This document shows positions 16,815 to 25,998 of a stretch of DNA of 55,134 bases, in pieces. A program made the position numbers and the translations under genes. This DNA comes from Candidatus Woesearchaeota archaeon CG1_02_57_44. Its GTDB lineage: Archaea > Nanobdellota > Nanobdellia > Woesearchaeales > CG1-02-57-44. Every line of letters begins with the position of its first letter. The stretch's first letter is position 1. A model generated the notes under the pieces. That model made no database searches and was not told where the DNA came from. It was given only the letters and a program-made list of their open reading frames with translations. Where the stretch lies: positions 1-55,134 of the forward strand of contig MNWW01000006.1 in the NCBI GenBank assembly GCA_001871415.1, read 5' to 3'.

Positions 16815-19528
16815 GATCGGCCACCCCGCAACATATCCCGCATGCACGTCACCCGCAGCAGCTCAATGTCCGTCGCAAAGTGCATAGCCGCAGGCAGATG
16901 CGCGTACATCTCCTGCACTTGAGCCAGCAAACGCAAGGCCTCTGTTGTATCTCCCTGTTCAACCATATCCCGCGCCTGCCGCATCACCTTGAGCCCCGCC
17001 ATCATCTGACGACCAAGCAGCCATTGCTGGAATGATGAGTACGATGCGCTCTGCGCGCGGGCCTCCCGGCGCAATAGGGGAATTGCCCTGGCAGTGTGCA
17101 GAGCAAGTACAATAGCGATAGCATCATCCGCCATGGCCTTGGCTGCGGCGCTGCCGATACCCTTGCGCGTGTATTGTGCCTCTGCCTGGCGCACCAATCG
17201 CTCAAATTTCGCTTTGGTCCCTTTAGGCAGGGTCGCTTTGACCCGATGGAACAATTCATCGATCGCCAGCTCCTCCTCTATCCCGTACACCCTCCCGCAA
17301 TACGCATGCAAGAACTGTATGCACTCCTGAATCCAGGTCGCCGGCGCGGTGTTCTTGCTTCTAAAAAGTTTCCATGCACGCGCAAGCGCGATGGTGATGA
17401 TGTCAGGAGGCGTGTCTTGTGCTCGCATAGGATCCAATGACTTGCGAAATGGCTTGAGCACGCGATATCCCGCCGTCAACAGCAAGACGAGAAGCAGTGC
17501 GCCATACGCCCAAAAACCAGGCCTATGTGGACCGGGCAGCACCTCACACGCGTCGCAAGGGCCACCACAGTCAATGCCAGACTCGCCCTGGTTTTGCATA
17601 CCGTCACCGCACGTCGCGCATGGTCCGCATGAACCTCCGCAATCAACCCCTGTCTCATCACCATCCATGAGTTTGTCAAAGCAAGTCGGGCACGTGCTGG
17701 CACAGGGTCCTCCGCAGTCAAGTCCGAACTCTCCCTGATTCTGCACTCCATCATCACATGTCGGACAAGGAGCGCACGAACCACCACAATCAACCCCTGT
17801 CTCATCGCCATTCTTCAGATGATCATCGCATGCGGCAACATACTCGCATTGCTGCACCTCTACAGGCTTGTTATCATCCACCCCACAGTCATGTAGATCA
17901 CGACACAACCGCGCCTGCAGGCCTGCCGGCGCGCATGATCCCCAATCGCCGCATGTCCAGTCAGGAACGCACCAGAGCAAGGTGATACTGGATGACCGGG
18001 TGGTCACAGCGGTAGTCACAACCGACGACGCCGTAGGAGGGTCCTCTTCAGGCACCCCGTACAGACGCACCACGGTCAGTTTGATGATGTTGCTTTGCGC
18101 TGACGCGTTGCTGGGATCAAATGCCCAGAACACCAGAAAATTGTCACCAATGAAATTACGTTTCGGGGTGATAGTTACCACACCACCTTCAATATCCACG
18201 GTCATGTTCGTCGCGCTACTGCCGAAAAACTCGAGCACCTCTCCGTCAGGATCTGTAAAATAATCATTTAAGTCAAGCCCGGTCAATGGCGTATTCCAGT
18301 TCCACATGAGGTCTGGAAGCAACTCAACGAGCACGGGGGCCCTATTGGCCACGTTCAGGCGGCCACTCTGGTTCACCATGTCATAGCCCGCGTCGGTCGC
18401 ATTGCAGAATACGGTGTAATTATACGTTCCTGGACTGGTGAAACTGGAATTGACCAGGTATACGCGTGACGTGGTATTGTAGTTCATTCCCCGACGGTCG
18501 ATTCCTGTCGGCAAGCGTATATCTGTCCAGCAGGTCACGCCTGTCGTGTTGACGGGCAGACCATCGTCCGCATACGTCAGATTTCCATACATCCAGATGG
18601 GCTGCAGGATGTAGCGGCTCTGGTTGCCCGTAGTCCCATCGGTATCATCGAACACCACTAGCGTAGGATAATGACCTTCCTGCACAGTGTAGGTACTAAA
18701 CGAACTCACATTAACGCTGAATGTGCCGTTCGTGTATGGGTTTCGCACGCACTGTGGCGCGTCACACAACTGGCCATCGCGATAGACCACCGGATAGATG
18801 AAGGACACATTATAGAACACAAGAGTCGCCTTCCTGTCGAGGCAGGAAAGCCAGCTGCTATTGATCTGGACGTATTTATCGTGCATGATGAGATATCTGC
18901 TGATGTTGAGTCCGTCGGTCGTTATGTTCTCCAAAAAATGCATAAGCCCATACGTCGTGTCTATCGTGAGATTGGTTATGTCCCGATAGTGTCCACGCGC
19001 AGTCCAATTGCTCGTCGCAGAGACATTGGTGAACAACGATGTATCCGGCGGCTCCACTTCCTCGTCAACGGTCAGGGAACGGACATCCTGATGGAACTGA
19101 ATGCAAGGAGAATGCCCCACAGCCTTCAGTGCATAGTAGCAGGAACCATCAGGTTTGCCAGACATGTTGTAGGACAGGGTTACTTGATCAGAACCATCAT
19201 TGGTGAAGTTACCGATGAGCGAGTAATTGTCGCCCACCCAAGGCGGCGAATAGGTGAGATAGATTTCCGTGTAGCGCAATGACTCCCTGTCCATGGCAGC
19301 TGTGGCATTGATGTCAATGACGCCATGCAACCGATCAAAATTCTGCTGCGATGTTATTGCTATCGTGGATCTCCCCCCCAGACAAAACCTCACTTCGCCC
19401 TGCGTGACCAACCCCTGCAGCCGCTGCTGGGTCATACGCACCACCAGCATGTTGAGCCCCACGCTCACCAGCACCAGGGCCAAGATGAGCATAAGGACAA
19501 CATTGTTGGACACTGCTCGCAGGTTCAT
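16811..19528 (-). CDS. Membrane-anchored surface protein with Ig-like domains and Cys-rich ExGxDCGG repeats
   Basis: N-terminal TM; DLNDYFTDPDG Ig-like unit; WTCGDWGSC motif; four CxDxxxxxxExGxDCGGxC repeats; TM; cytoplasmic helical C-terminus. Confidence 0.85.
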   Translation of the reverse strand: MNLRAVSNNVVLMLILALVLVSVGLNMLVVRMTQQRLQGLVTQGEVRFCLGGRSTIAITSQQNFDRLHGVIDINATAAMDRESLRYTEIYLTYSPPWVGDNYSLIGNFTNDGSDQVTLSYNMSGKPDGSCYYALKAVGHSPCIQFHQDVRSLTVDEEVEPPDTSLFTNVSATSNWTARGHYRDITNLTIDTTYGLMHFLENITTDGLNISRYLIMHDKYVQINSSWLSCLDRKATLVFYNVSFIYPVVYRDGQLCDAPQCVRNPYTNGTFSVNVSSFSTYTVQEGHYPTLVVFDDTDGTTGNQSRYILQPIWMYGNLTYADDGLPVNTTGVTCWTDIRLPTGIDRRGMNYNTTSRVYLVNSSFTSPGTYNYTVFCNATDAGYDMVNQSGRLNVANRAPVLVELLPDLMWNWNTPLTGLDLNDYFTDPDGEVLEFFGSSATNMTVDIEGGVVTITPKRNFIGDNFLVFWAFDPSNASAQSNIIKLTVVRLYGVPEEDPPTASSVVTTAVTTRSSSITLLWCVPDWTCGDWGSCAPAGLQARLCRDLHDCGVDDNKPVEVQQCEYVAACDDHLKNGDETGVDCGGSCAPCPTCDDGVQNQGEFGLDCGGPCASTCPTCFDKLMDGDETGVDCGGSCGPCATCGDGMQNQGESGIDCGGPCDACEVLPGPHRPGFWAYGALLLVLLLTAGYRVLKPFRKSLDPMRAQDTPPDIITIALARAWKLFRSKNTAPATWIQECIQFLHAYCGRVYGIEEELAIDELFHRVKATLPKGTKAKFERLVRQAEAQYTRKGIGSAAAKAMADDAIAIVLALHTARAIPLLRREARAQSASYSSFQQWLLGRQMMAGLKVMRQARDMVEQGDTTEALRLLAQVQEMYAHLPAAMHFATDIELLRVTCMRDMLRGGRS

Positions 19529-19689
19529 TTTTTCTTGCCATCATATAGCTCGTCAGCGTATTTGAGCAACAAATCACGCACTGCCTCGCGCGCGATCTCG
19601 GACTGATTAGAAAATAGCCCCTGATCGATGAGGTCCTGCATCTTCTCTTTCAGGCGCTTTCCGACCCTGATATGCAAAAGTGTTGACAT
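19525..19689 (-). CDS. Ribbon-helix-helix (CopG/Arc/MetJ) protein
   Basis: LHIRV beta-ribbon then DLIDQGLFSNQSEIAREAVRDLL. ATGA overlap with the downstream surface-protein gene. Confidence 0.85.
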   Translation of the reverse strand: MSTLLHIRVGKRLKEKMQDLIDQGLFSNQSEIAREAVRDLLLKYADELYDGKKK

Positions 19690-19710
19690 GAGCAATACCA
19701 TAGAGCAATA

Positions 19711-19740
19711 TGATACATTCTGATACAACCCCTTAATATA
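19711..19740 (-). promoter_or_regulatory. TATA box plus TGATACA direct repeats (putative RHH operator)
   Basis: Minus-strand TATATTAA at 19733-19740. TGATACA at 19711-19717 and 19721-19727 (10-bp period), between TATA and ATG. Confidence 0.5.
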
Positions 19741-20000
19741 GCTTGCTGCCAGAAAATCACCTTGATCCCCAGGAACAATAGACGATAATTATACTTCACA
19801 AGGAAACAAAGTCGTCCAAAATTAGTATTTCAGACACAATGTGGATATATCACATCGATATATCTTGGCAGGACTGGCCGACGACAAACCCATACCATAT
19901 CAAATAAGTATATAAAATATATCATTTTGATACAGATGGTGTATCCGAATCTTTTGCAGGTCCGAAAAGCATAAAAGCAGCCTACCGCAAGAATCAGTGC

Positions 20001-20741
20001 ATGACTCCTGCAAAAAAGAATACACCATCTAAACGCATAAGCCCATCCCACTCAAAACCCACCATCATACTGGGGTTCCCCGGATTCGGACTGGTCGGCA
20101 GCATTGTGACCGAATTCATGACAGAGCACCTGAAGACATCCAAGCACTCCTCCATCATCCTCGAGGAGCTACAACCCGTCATCGCCATCCACGACCATAA
20201 GGCAGTGGAACCTATCTCAGTCTATTACAATAAAACACACAACCTCTATTTCATCCACGCCATAACACCCATCAACGGCCTTGAATGGAAGATAGCGGAC
20301 AAGGTGCTGGCCCTCGCCAAGGCTGTTTCCGCGTCGCGCATCATCTGCATCGAAGGCGCAGGCCTTGGCCCGGACAAAGAGCTCACCAAAGAACAATCGC
20401 TATTCTGCTATTGCACCGACGAAAAGGATGCCAAAGCGATGGAAACGCAGGGCGTGAAGAAGCTAAAGGAAGGCTACATCATCGGCATCATACCCGCACT
20501 GCTGCTCAGGGCCACCATGCCCATCACCTGCATCTTCGCGCCGACGCACTCAGAATATCCAGATAGCAAAGCAGCCGCTAGCGTCGTCGAGCTCCTGGAT
20601 AAGCAGCTTGACCTTCAGGTGAATTCAGCCCCCCTGCTGGATATGGCCAAGCGCTTCGAAGACAAGATCAGAACCCTGATGAGCAAAAGCCGGGTCGTGA
20701 ACGAGCCCTTCGATAAGAAGAAACTCAGCTATGTAGGCTGA
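20001..20741 (+). CDS. PAC2-family proteasome assembly chaperone
   Basis: ILGFPGFGLVGSI, PDSKAAA, PLLDMAKRFEDKI and a C-terminal YVG HbYX-like tail. Confidence 0.88.
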   Translation: MTPAKKNTPSKRISPSHSKPTIILGFPGFGLVGSIVTEFMTEHLKTSKHSSIILEELQPVIAIHDHKAVEPISVYYNKTHNLYFIHAITPINGLEWKIADKVLALAKAVSASRIICIEGAGLGPDKELTKEQSLFCYCTDEKDAKAMETQGVKKLKEGYIIGIIPALLLRATMPITCIFAPTHSEYPDSKAAASVVELLDKQLDLQVNSAPLLDMAKRFEDKIRTLMSKSRVVNEPFDKKKLSYVG

Positions 20742-21208
20742 TAACAGATAATACCCACCCCAAGGGCACCGCCCTCACTTTTTCTTGCATTTTGCTAGTG
20801 CCTAACTCAATTTCTTATTTTCCAACCCCTTAAGTCATTATAGCCACCATCCAGCGCCTATGACAGAGTGGGCTCATAGATGCTGAAGGGTCAACCATCC
20901 ACGAAGGTCAACCTGTCCGTAACGTACGTATCCACACCAGTTGCTTGCATATCCGATGCTGTCCAGACACCGAATATCGATGTCACCTCAAAATACACGA
21001 CTCACGCCACACCCGCCATAACCGTCCCCCCACGTCAGCGCAATAGCGGCAGACACTAAGATCGATTCCACCATCATTTTTATCCGTACCCTCACTTTGC
21101 ATTATTTTTTAGGAATTTATCACTGTTTATTGCTATGAAATGGGCAGAAATGAGCCACCAATGCAGAGCAAAGGGCCAAAAACCGATAAGCACTTGATTG
21201 TTGCCGGA

Positions 21209-21226
21209 ACACACACACACACACAC
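21209..21226. repeat. (AC)9 microsatellite
   Basis: Direct reading. Confidence 0.9.
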
Positions 21227-21387
21227 TGGCAATTATCTGTGCGTCAGATTTAGACCACCATGGCCAGACCGTAATACCCCCATTAATTCATAAGTCATTG
21301 CCATTATATAGTGACCACGACCATCAAATGCGCAGCAACCCCCATATTTCCGAGGGACGGACCTCGACACCCACAAAATTGGATATA

Positions 21388-21432
21388 ATAGGATTTAATA
21401 GGATAGGATTTAATAGGATAGGATTTAATAGG
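21388..21432. repeat. 15-bp perfect tandem repeat x3 (ATAGGATTTAATAGG)
   Basis: Units at 21388, 21403 and 21418. Confidence 0.92.
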
Positions 21433-22250
21433 AAGAAATCCAGCAGCAGAAGATATCCAATCGTATTTCTTGACCCTTAGCGCAATAAAGAGCTCATCCA
21501 GAAAGAAGCTTTGCGCCCAGATACAATTTCACACACCCCACGCCAACCAATAACATTTTAAGCAAATATTATGACTATTACTTAATGATAATACTCAGTT
21601 CAATTCGAGGACCTGAACCCCAATAGCAACCAAAGCACAAAAAATCTCAAGCCAGAAAAAGCCACAATATCACATCAAAATGGCAAAAAAAGCAGCTTGC
21701 AGAACACAAGGTCGATGATAGAACCGCCCAGTACAGGTAGCCCGAGCACATCAATCACGAACACCAAGAATCAGGCAAAATGCAAGAATCAGAGCGTCAA
21801 ATCCCCAATTTCAACGACTTTTACCTAGTTTGAGTCCAGGAAGCCCCCTTCCCCAGCAATAGTAGGACAAACCAATGTGTCGGCACAATGTTTGAATTGT
21901 AAAATACTATACCGACAGGTAAGGAATGATGCCTTAATCCACCAGTTAGCGCAGATTTGGCCAGTAAGGCATGATACCGATCGACCCATCAAGGACAAAT
22001 ATTGCCCCATGCGACGCAGGGAAAGATCAGTGATGCATCACCCATCGTCGACTCCAGAACAATTCATAAAAAAGTTTCACGACTCCCCCATGAACAAGGC
22101 ACATCTGTACCACCACACGCAGATTCTAAACCGAGAAGAACAGCACAAGGATAACAAGAAATATATTTAATCAATAATCACATATTATAATCACTAACTG
22201 TGCTTTGGTTCGAGACAATTCCAAAAAATAGATAAACCCGAAGGTTCTAA

Positions 22251-22793
22251 ATGAGTCACATGAAATACGTCCTTACTGACGCCGAAACTGGGTTGAATCC
22301 GACTGTGGATGAACTGGCCAGAACCATCATGGACCGCATTGGCCTTGAGCCCAGAAAACGAGGCTCGACCACCCTTATGTTCCAGACCCTGCTGGAACTG
22401 TATGAGCGCAGCAAGTCTGCCAACCGCGACAAGCACCCTGAAAACGCCATCGTCACGGTGGAGGAGATGGCAGCTCACGCAGGCATCAGCAGACAGACCA
22501 TGTATGAATATCTCCGACGCTGGCTCGCCCTGAGCCTCATCAGCAAGTCCAGCTATATTCTCGACGGCAAGGTCATCATCGGCTATCGACTCAACGGCGC
22601 GACGTTGGAGAGCGCGTTCGACAAAGCAGCGCAGCGCATCAACAACAACCTGGACACGACCATGCGCTATGTGCGCGAGCTGCAGCGCATCATCAAGAAC
22701 GAAAAAATAAGAAAAGCACAGAGCCCGATCCATGATTTTCGCGAAAGCAACACTGAAAACAACAATCCAGATAGTAGAACAACTGAGCAATAA
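22251..22793 (+). CDS. Winged helix-turn-helix hypothetical protein
   Basis: VTVEEMAAHAGISRQTMYEYLRRWLALSLI HTH plus wing (IIGYRL). Confidence 0.75.
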   Translation: MSHMKYVLTDAETGLNPTVDELARTIMDRIGLEPRKRGSTTLMFQTLLELYERSKSANRDKHPENAIVTVEEMAAHAGISRQTMYEYLRRWLALSLISKSSYILDGKVIIGYRLNGATLESAFDKAAQRINNNLDTTMRYVRELQRIIKNEKIRKAQSPIHDFRESNTENNNPDSRTTEQ

Positions 22794-23120
22794 GTCTAAT
22801 AAATAATCATTATTTTTAATTGTTTAGTGCATTATGTGTCGGAACCATATCATAATTCGCTAAAACCTCAGAATAGTGTCGGTATAATATCTCACCACCC
22901 CTTTTTGTCGCTGCCCAATAAGTTACACGAATCCAGAAGCTGCTGCAAGCATCAAAACTCAGGGAGTTAGTTGGTTGCACGAGTCTGCCAACAACATGCC
23001 AGGAAAGCATTGGACATTCTTAGCAAAAAACGCCACAAATTTTGTAAAAAGTGAGCCGCACCCGTTAATTGACCAATGCAGACAGCGCCATGCCAGCCCA
23101 GAGCCCACGAAGATACCAAA

Positions 23121-23170
23121 ATCAGGCAGCATTAGCGAGATAAGGATCAGGTAGAATCAGCGAGACAAGG
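23121..23170. repeat. 25-bp imperfect tandem repeat x2 followed by a G-run
   Basis: ATCAGGCAGCATTAGCGAGATAAGG / ATCAGGTAGAATCAGCGAGACAAGG (21/25). Confidence 0.75.
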
Positions 23171-23221
23171 GAGGGGGGGTTAGGCACTATAAAAACCACC
23201 ATAAACAGGCCACAAGAGCCC

Positions 23222-23716
23222 TCAATCACCCGTGACATGCGCCTTTAAGGCCTTATCGAGACCGAGCAGGTTCTGCTTTGCCTGCAGAGAACGGAATCGT
23301 TCAGAAAGCCCATACACCGCAGGATCAGATCCTTGCGCCAACACCGGGGGGTCGTCCCTACACATGAGCGCACCCAGATAATTGGCCACAATACTCCTTG
23401 ATAAGGTCGCGCGCTGAGAAATCTCCCGTAAAGTGAGGGGCCTATCTGCCGCATACAGGACAGAAAGAATCTCCCGCTCCTTCTCCGCCAGCTCAGGAAC
23501 CTCCGTATGTCGCTGCTCCATGCGCTCTATGCGCTCGAGCAGCTTGTCAAGCTTAGCCTCAAGAATACACTGGTACTCGTAGATGGACTGCAGCTCATCG
23601 GCGTTGGCATTGATCGATTCCAAATGGTCGTCGAGCTCCTCTTTCATCTTGCCAAAAGAACCCTTCACACCTGCGCGCATCGCCTCGAGTTCACGTCGCG
23701 TGGAAAACGGGAGCAT
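23222..23716 (-). CDS. Coiled-coil plus wHTH hypothetical protein
   Basis: N-terminal heptads (KMKEELDDHLESIN...KLDKLLERIE); C-terminal EREILSVL...LTLREISQRATLSRSIVANYL HTH. Start set at ATG 23716. Confidence 0.72.
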   Translation of the reverse strand: MLPFSTRRELEAMRAGVKGSFGKMKEELDDHLESINANADELQSIYEYQCILEAKLDKLLERIERMEQRHTEVPELAEKEREILSVLYAADRPLTLREISQRATLSRSIVANYLGALMCRDDPPVLAQGSDPAVYGLSERFRSLQAKQNLLGLDKALKAHVTGD

Positions 23717-23778
23717 ATTGGCCATAACCCACATGAAAGGCAGCGGTATTATATTTTTTTCCAACATTCCCATAGCAT

Positions 23779-24429
23779 ATGGGCACACCAAGCAAGGGCG
23801 AGCTCGCCAAGATGCTGTCAGGATTGAGAGGATTTGCCACCCCAAAAGAGCGCTTGGAACAATATCCCACGGACGGAGACACCGCAGCACTGCTACTTCA
23901 TCACGCGCAAAGCCATGGCGACTTGCCGGGCAGCGTCGCTGACCTTGGCTGTGGTACCGGCATCCTTGGCATCGGCGCCCTGCTTTTGGGAGCATCCCAC
24001 ATATTGTTCGTGGATATCGATGATGCAGCGCTCGCCATTGCGCGAGACAATCTTGCCAGGGCAGGCCTGCGAGAGGAAAAAGCCACCTTCCTGAAGACTG
24101 ATTTGCTCGCAATCAAACAGCAACCAGCAGTACACGAATCACCCATGACCTCTTTGAAAGCTGACTGCGCCATCATGAACCCCCCCTTTGGCAGCCGCCA
24201 CAAGGGAGCGGACATCGCATTTGCGCAGCTGGGCCTTCGCGTCGCACCTGTCATCTGGAGCATCCATCCGGGACAGACACGAGCAATGCTTGAGGCGAAA
24301 TCTGCCAGGTGGGGCGCACGGCTGACGCATTGCATCAGCCACAGCATGCATATCCCCAGCATGTATGATCATCACCGACGAGCAAGCAAACCTGTCGCAG
24401 TCATCATAGCACGGATGCAACGCAACTGA
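23779..24429 (+). CDS. METTL5-family N6-adenine RNA methyltransferase
   Basis: LEQYPT, DLGCGTGILG, MNPPFG; upstream of rpoL as is common in archaea. Confidence 0.9.
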   Translation: MGTPSKGELAKMLSGLRGFATPKERLEQYPTDGDTAALLLHHAQSHGDLPGSVADLGCGTGILGIGALLLGASHILFVDIDDAALAIARDNLARAGLREEKATFLKTDLLAIKQQPAVHESPMTSLKADCAIMNPPFGSRHKGADIAFAQLGLRVAPVIWSIHPGQTRAMLEAKSARWGARLTHCISHSMHIPSMYDHHRRASKPVAVIIARMQRN

Positions 24430-24501
24430 AGCAATGATAGCGAGTGAATGCCCTTGGACCTCGACAAAAGCTTTTTAAAGGCACCCCCATTCCTGCCAAG
24501 C

Positions 24502-24777
24502 ATGGAAATCAAGATTCTCGAGTCAACGGACAAGCGTATGATAGTCGAAGTTCCCGGTGAGACCACGACCATCTGCAATGTTCTGGTCGCTGAAATGTGG
24601 AACAATAAGCACACGGTCAGCGCGGCATTCCGCGTTGAGCACCCGCTTGTGTCAAACCCGCAGATTATTCTGGACACTGATGGGGAAAAACCTGACAAGA
24701 CCCTGAAGGTCGCTGCTGCCAATATCATCAAGAAGAACGAAGCGCTCAAGAAAGTAGTCAAATCCATGCGCGTCTGA
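24502..24777 (+). CDS. rpoL: DNA-directed RNA polymerase subunit L (Rpo11)
   Basis: MEIKILE...GETTTICNVL...AAFRVEHPL. Confidence 0.88.
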   Translation: MEIKILESTDKRMIVEVPGETTTICNVLVAEMWNNKHTVSAAFRVEHPLVSNPQIILDTDGEKPDKTLKVAAANIIKKNEALKKVVKSMRV

Positions 24778-24848
24778 ACAAGCAGTATTTTCTTTTGAAG
24801 TTTTTTCTCGATTGCACCCCTATTGACAGTCTTATGCTGTATGCTTCA

Positions 24849-24864
24849 GCACACTATGTTGCAC
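24849..24864. promoter_or_regulatory. Putative NrdR box upstream of nrdR
   Basis: GCACACTATGTTGCAC partly matches the NrdR-box consensus acaCwAtATaTwGtgt and lies just upstream of the TATA TTTATA (~24883). Confidence 0.4.
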
Positions 24865-24910
24865 ATCCCCCAGGCAAACCTATTTATACCTCTGGGACGG
24901 CAAAAGCTTG

Positions 24911-25357
24911 ATGCACTGCCCTATCTGCGGCCATACAGGCTCCAAGGTCCTTGACAAACGCGAGACACCAGATGGCGTATCAAACAGACGGCGACGCCAA
25001 TGCCTCAAGTGCAAGCGCAGGTTCACCACCTACGAGCGCCACGAGAAAGAGGACATCATCGTGGTCAAGCGTGACGGCAGTCGAGAGCTCTTTGAGCCAG
25101 GCAAGATACGCGGCGGCATCATGAAAGCGTTCTGGAAACGCAAGATAAGCGCCAAGACCATAGACGCGCTCGTCGAACAGATAGACAATGACATCCGGGC
25201 TTCTGGGGGCACCATCAAGAGCCGCAAGATAGGCGAGCTGGTCATGGAACACCTCAAGAAAGTCGACGAGGTCGCCTATATCAGATTCGCTTCTGTCTAC
25301 AGGAGGTTCAGCGACATCAAGAGCTTTGAGAAAGAGCTTGCGGAGCTGAAGAAATAA
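24911..25357 (+). CDS. nrdR: Transcriptional repressor NrdR
   Basis: CPICG...RRRRQCLKCKRRFTTYE zinc ribbon; VVKRDG ATP-cone; DEVAYIRFASVY. Confidence 0.95.
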   Translation: MHCPICGHTGSKVLDKRETPDGVSNRRRRQCLKCKRRFTTYERHEKEDIIVVKRDGSRELFEPGKIRGGIMKAFWKRKISAKTIDALVEQIDNDIRASGGTIKSRKIGELVMEHLKKVDEVAYIRFASVYRRFSDIKSFEKELAELKK

Positions 25358-25424
25358 GATAGCCGTGACACAAGGAACCGCTGTGCAGAACAGGATAGAA
25401 ATGAGCATAGGAGAACGAAGCATC

Positions 25425-25994
25425 ATGACACAGAACCATTGCATCGCGCTGGTGGGCATGCCTGGCTCGGGCAAGAGCACAATCGCGGGATTGCTCAAAA
25501 AACATGGCTACGCCACCTTGCGCTTCGGCGACATCACGGAAAAATCCTTGATCGCCCAAGGCAAGCAGGTCAATGAGCAGAATGAACGGGCGTTTCGGGA
25601 GAACATCAGAAAAGAGCACGGCATGGCAGCCTACGCCATACGCAACCTGCCGGAGATACAGGCATTGCTCAGCAAAGGAAATGTCGTCGCTGATGGCCTG
25701 TATAGCTGGGAGGAATACATGCATCTTCGCGAGAAGCTGGGCAGCAGGCTCATTGTCGTGCACGTGTACAGCAGCCCATCGCTTCGCTATCATCGCCTCG
25801 GCAGCAGGGCGCATCGCCCGCTGACCGCAGAGGAAGCGAGGAGCCGCGACCACGCGGAGATAGAGCAGCTCAACAAGGGCGGCCCGATAGCCATGGCAGA
25901 CTTCGTTGTCCCAGAGTGCGATCTAGACACATTGCCACGAGAAGTCGATAAACTAGTCGCGACGTGCCAGCAACAGCAAGCGGGGAAGGAGTGA
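25425..25994 (+). CDS. P-loop nucleotide kinase (dephospho-CoA kinase-like, COG0237 type)
   Basis: GMPGSGKST, DGLYSWEE, RYHRL, SRDHAEIE, GGPIAMAD. Confidence 0.8.
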   Translation: MTQNHCIALVGMPGSGKSTIAGLLKKHGYATLRFGDITEKSLIAQGKQVNEQNERAFRENIRKEHGMAAYAIRNLPEIQALLSKGNVVADGLYSWEEYMHLREKLGSRLIVVHVYSSPSLRYHRLGSRAHRPLTAEEARSRDHAEIEQLNKGGPIAMADFVVPECDLDTLPREVDKLVATCQQQQAGKE

Positions 25995-25998
25995 TACC

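Larger units (their letters stand above)
20742..22250. other. ~1.5-kb AT-rich non-coding region (candidate replication origin)
   Basis: No credible ORF; visibly AT-richer than the flanks; contains simple repeats; lies near the switch from mostly minus-strand to mostly plus-strand genes. Confidence 0.45.

Noticed and set aside
23163..23180. ORB-like G-string
   Set aside because: A G-run is present, but the TTCCAxTGGAA inverted core of ORB elements is missing.
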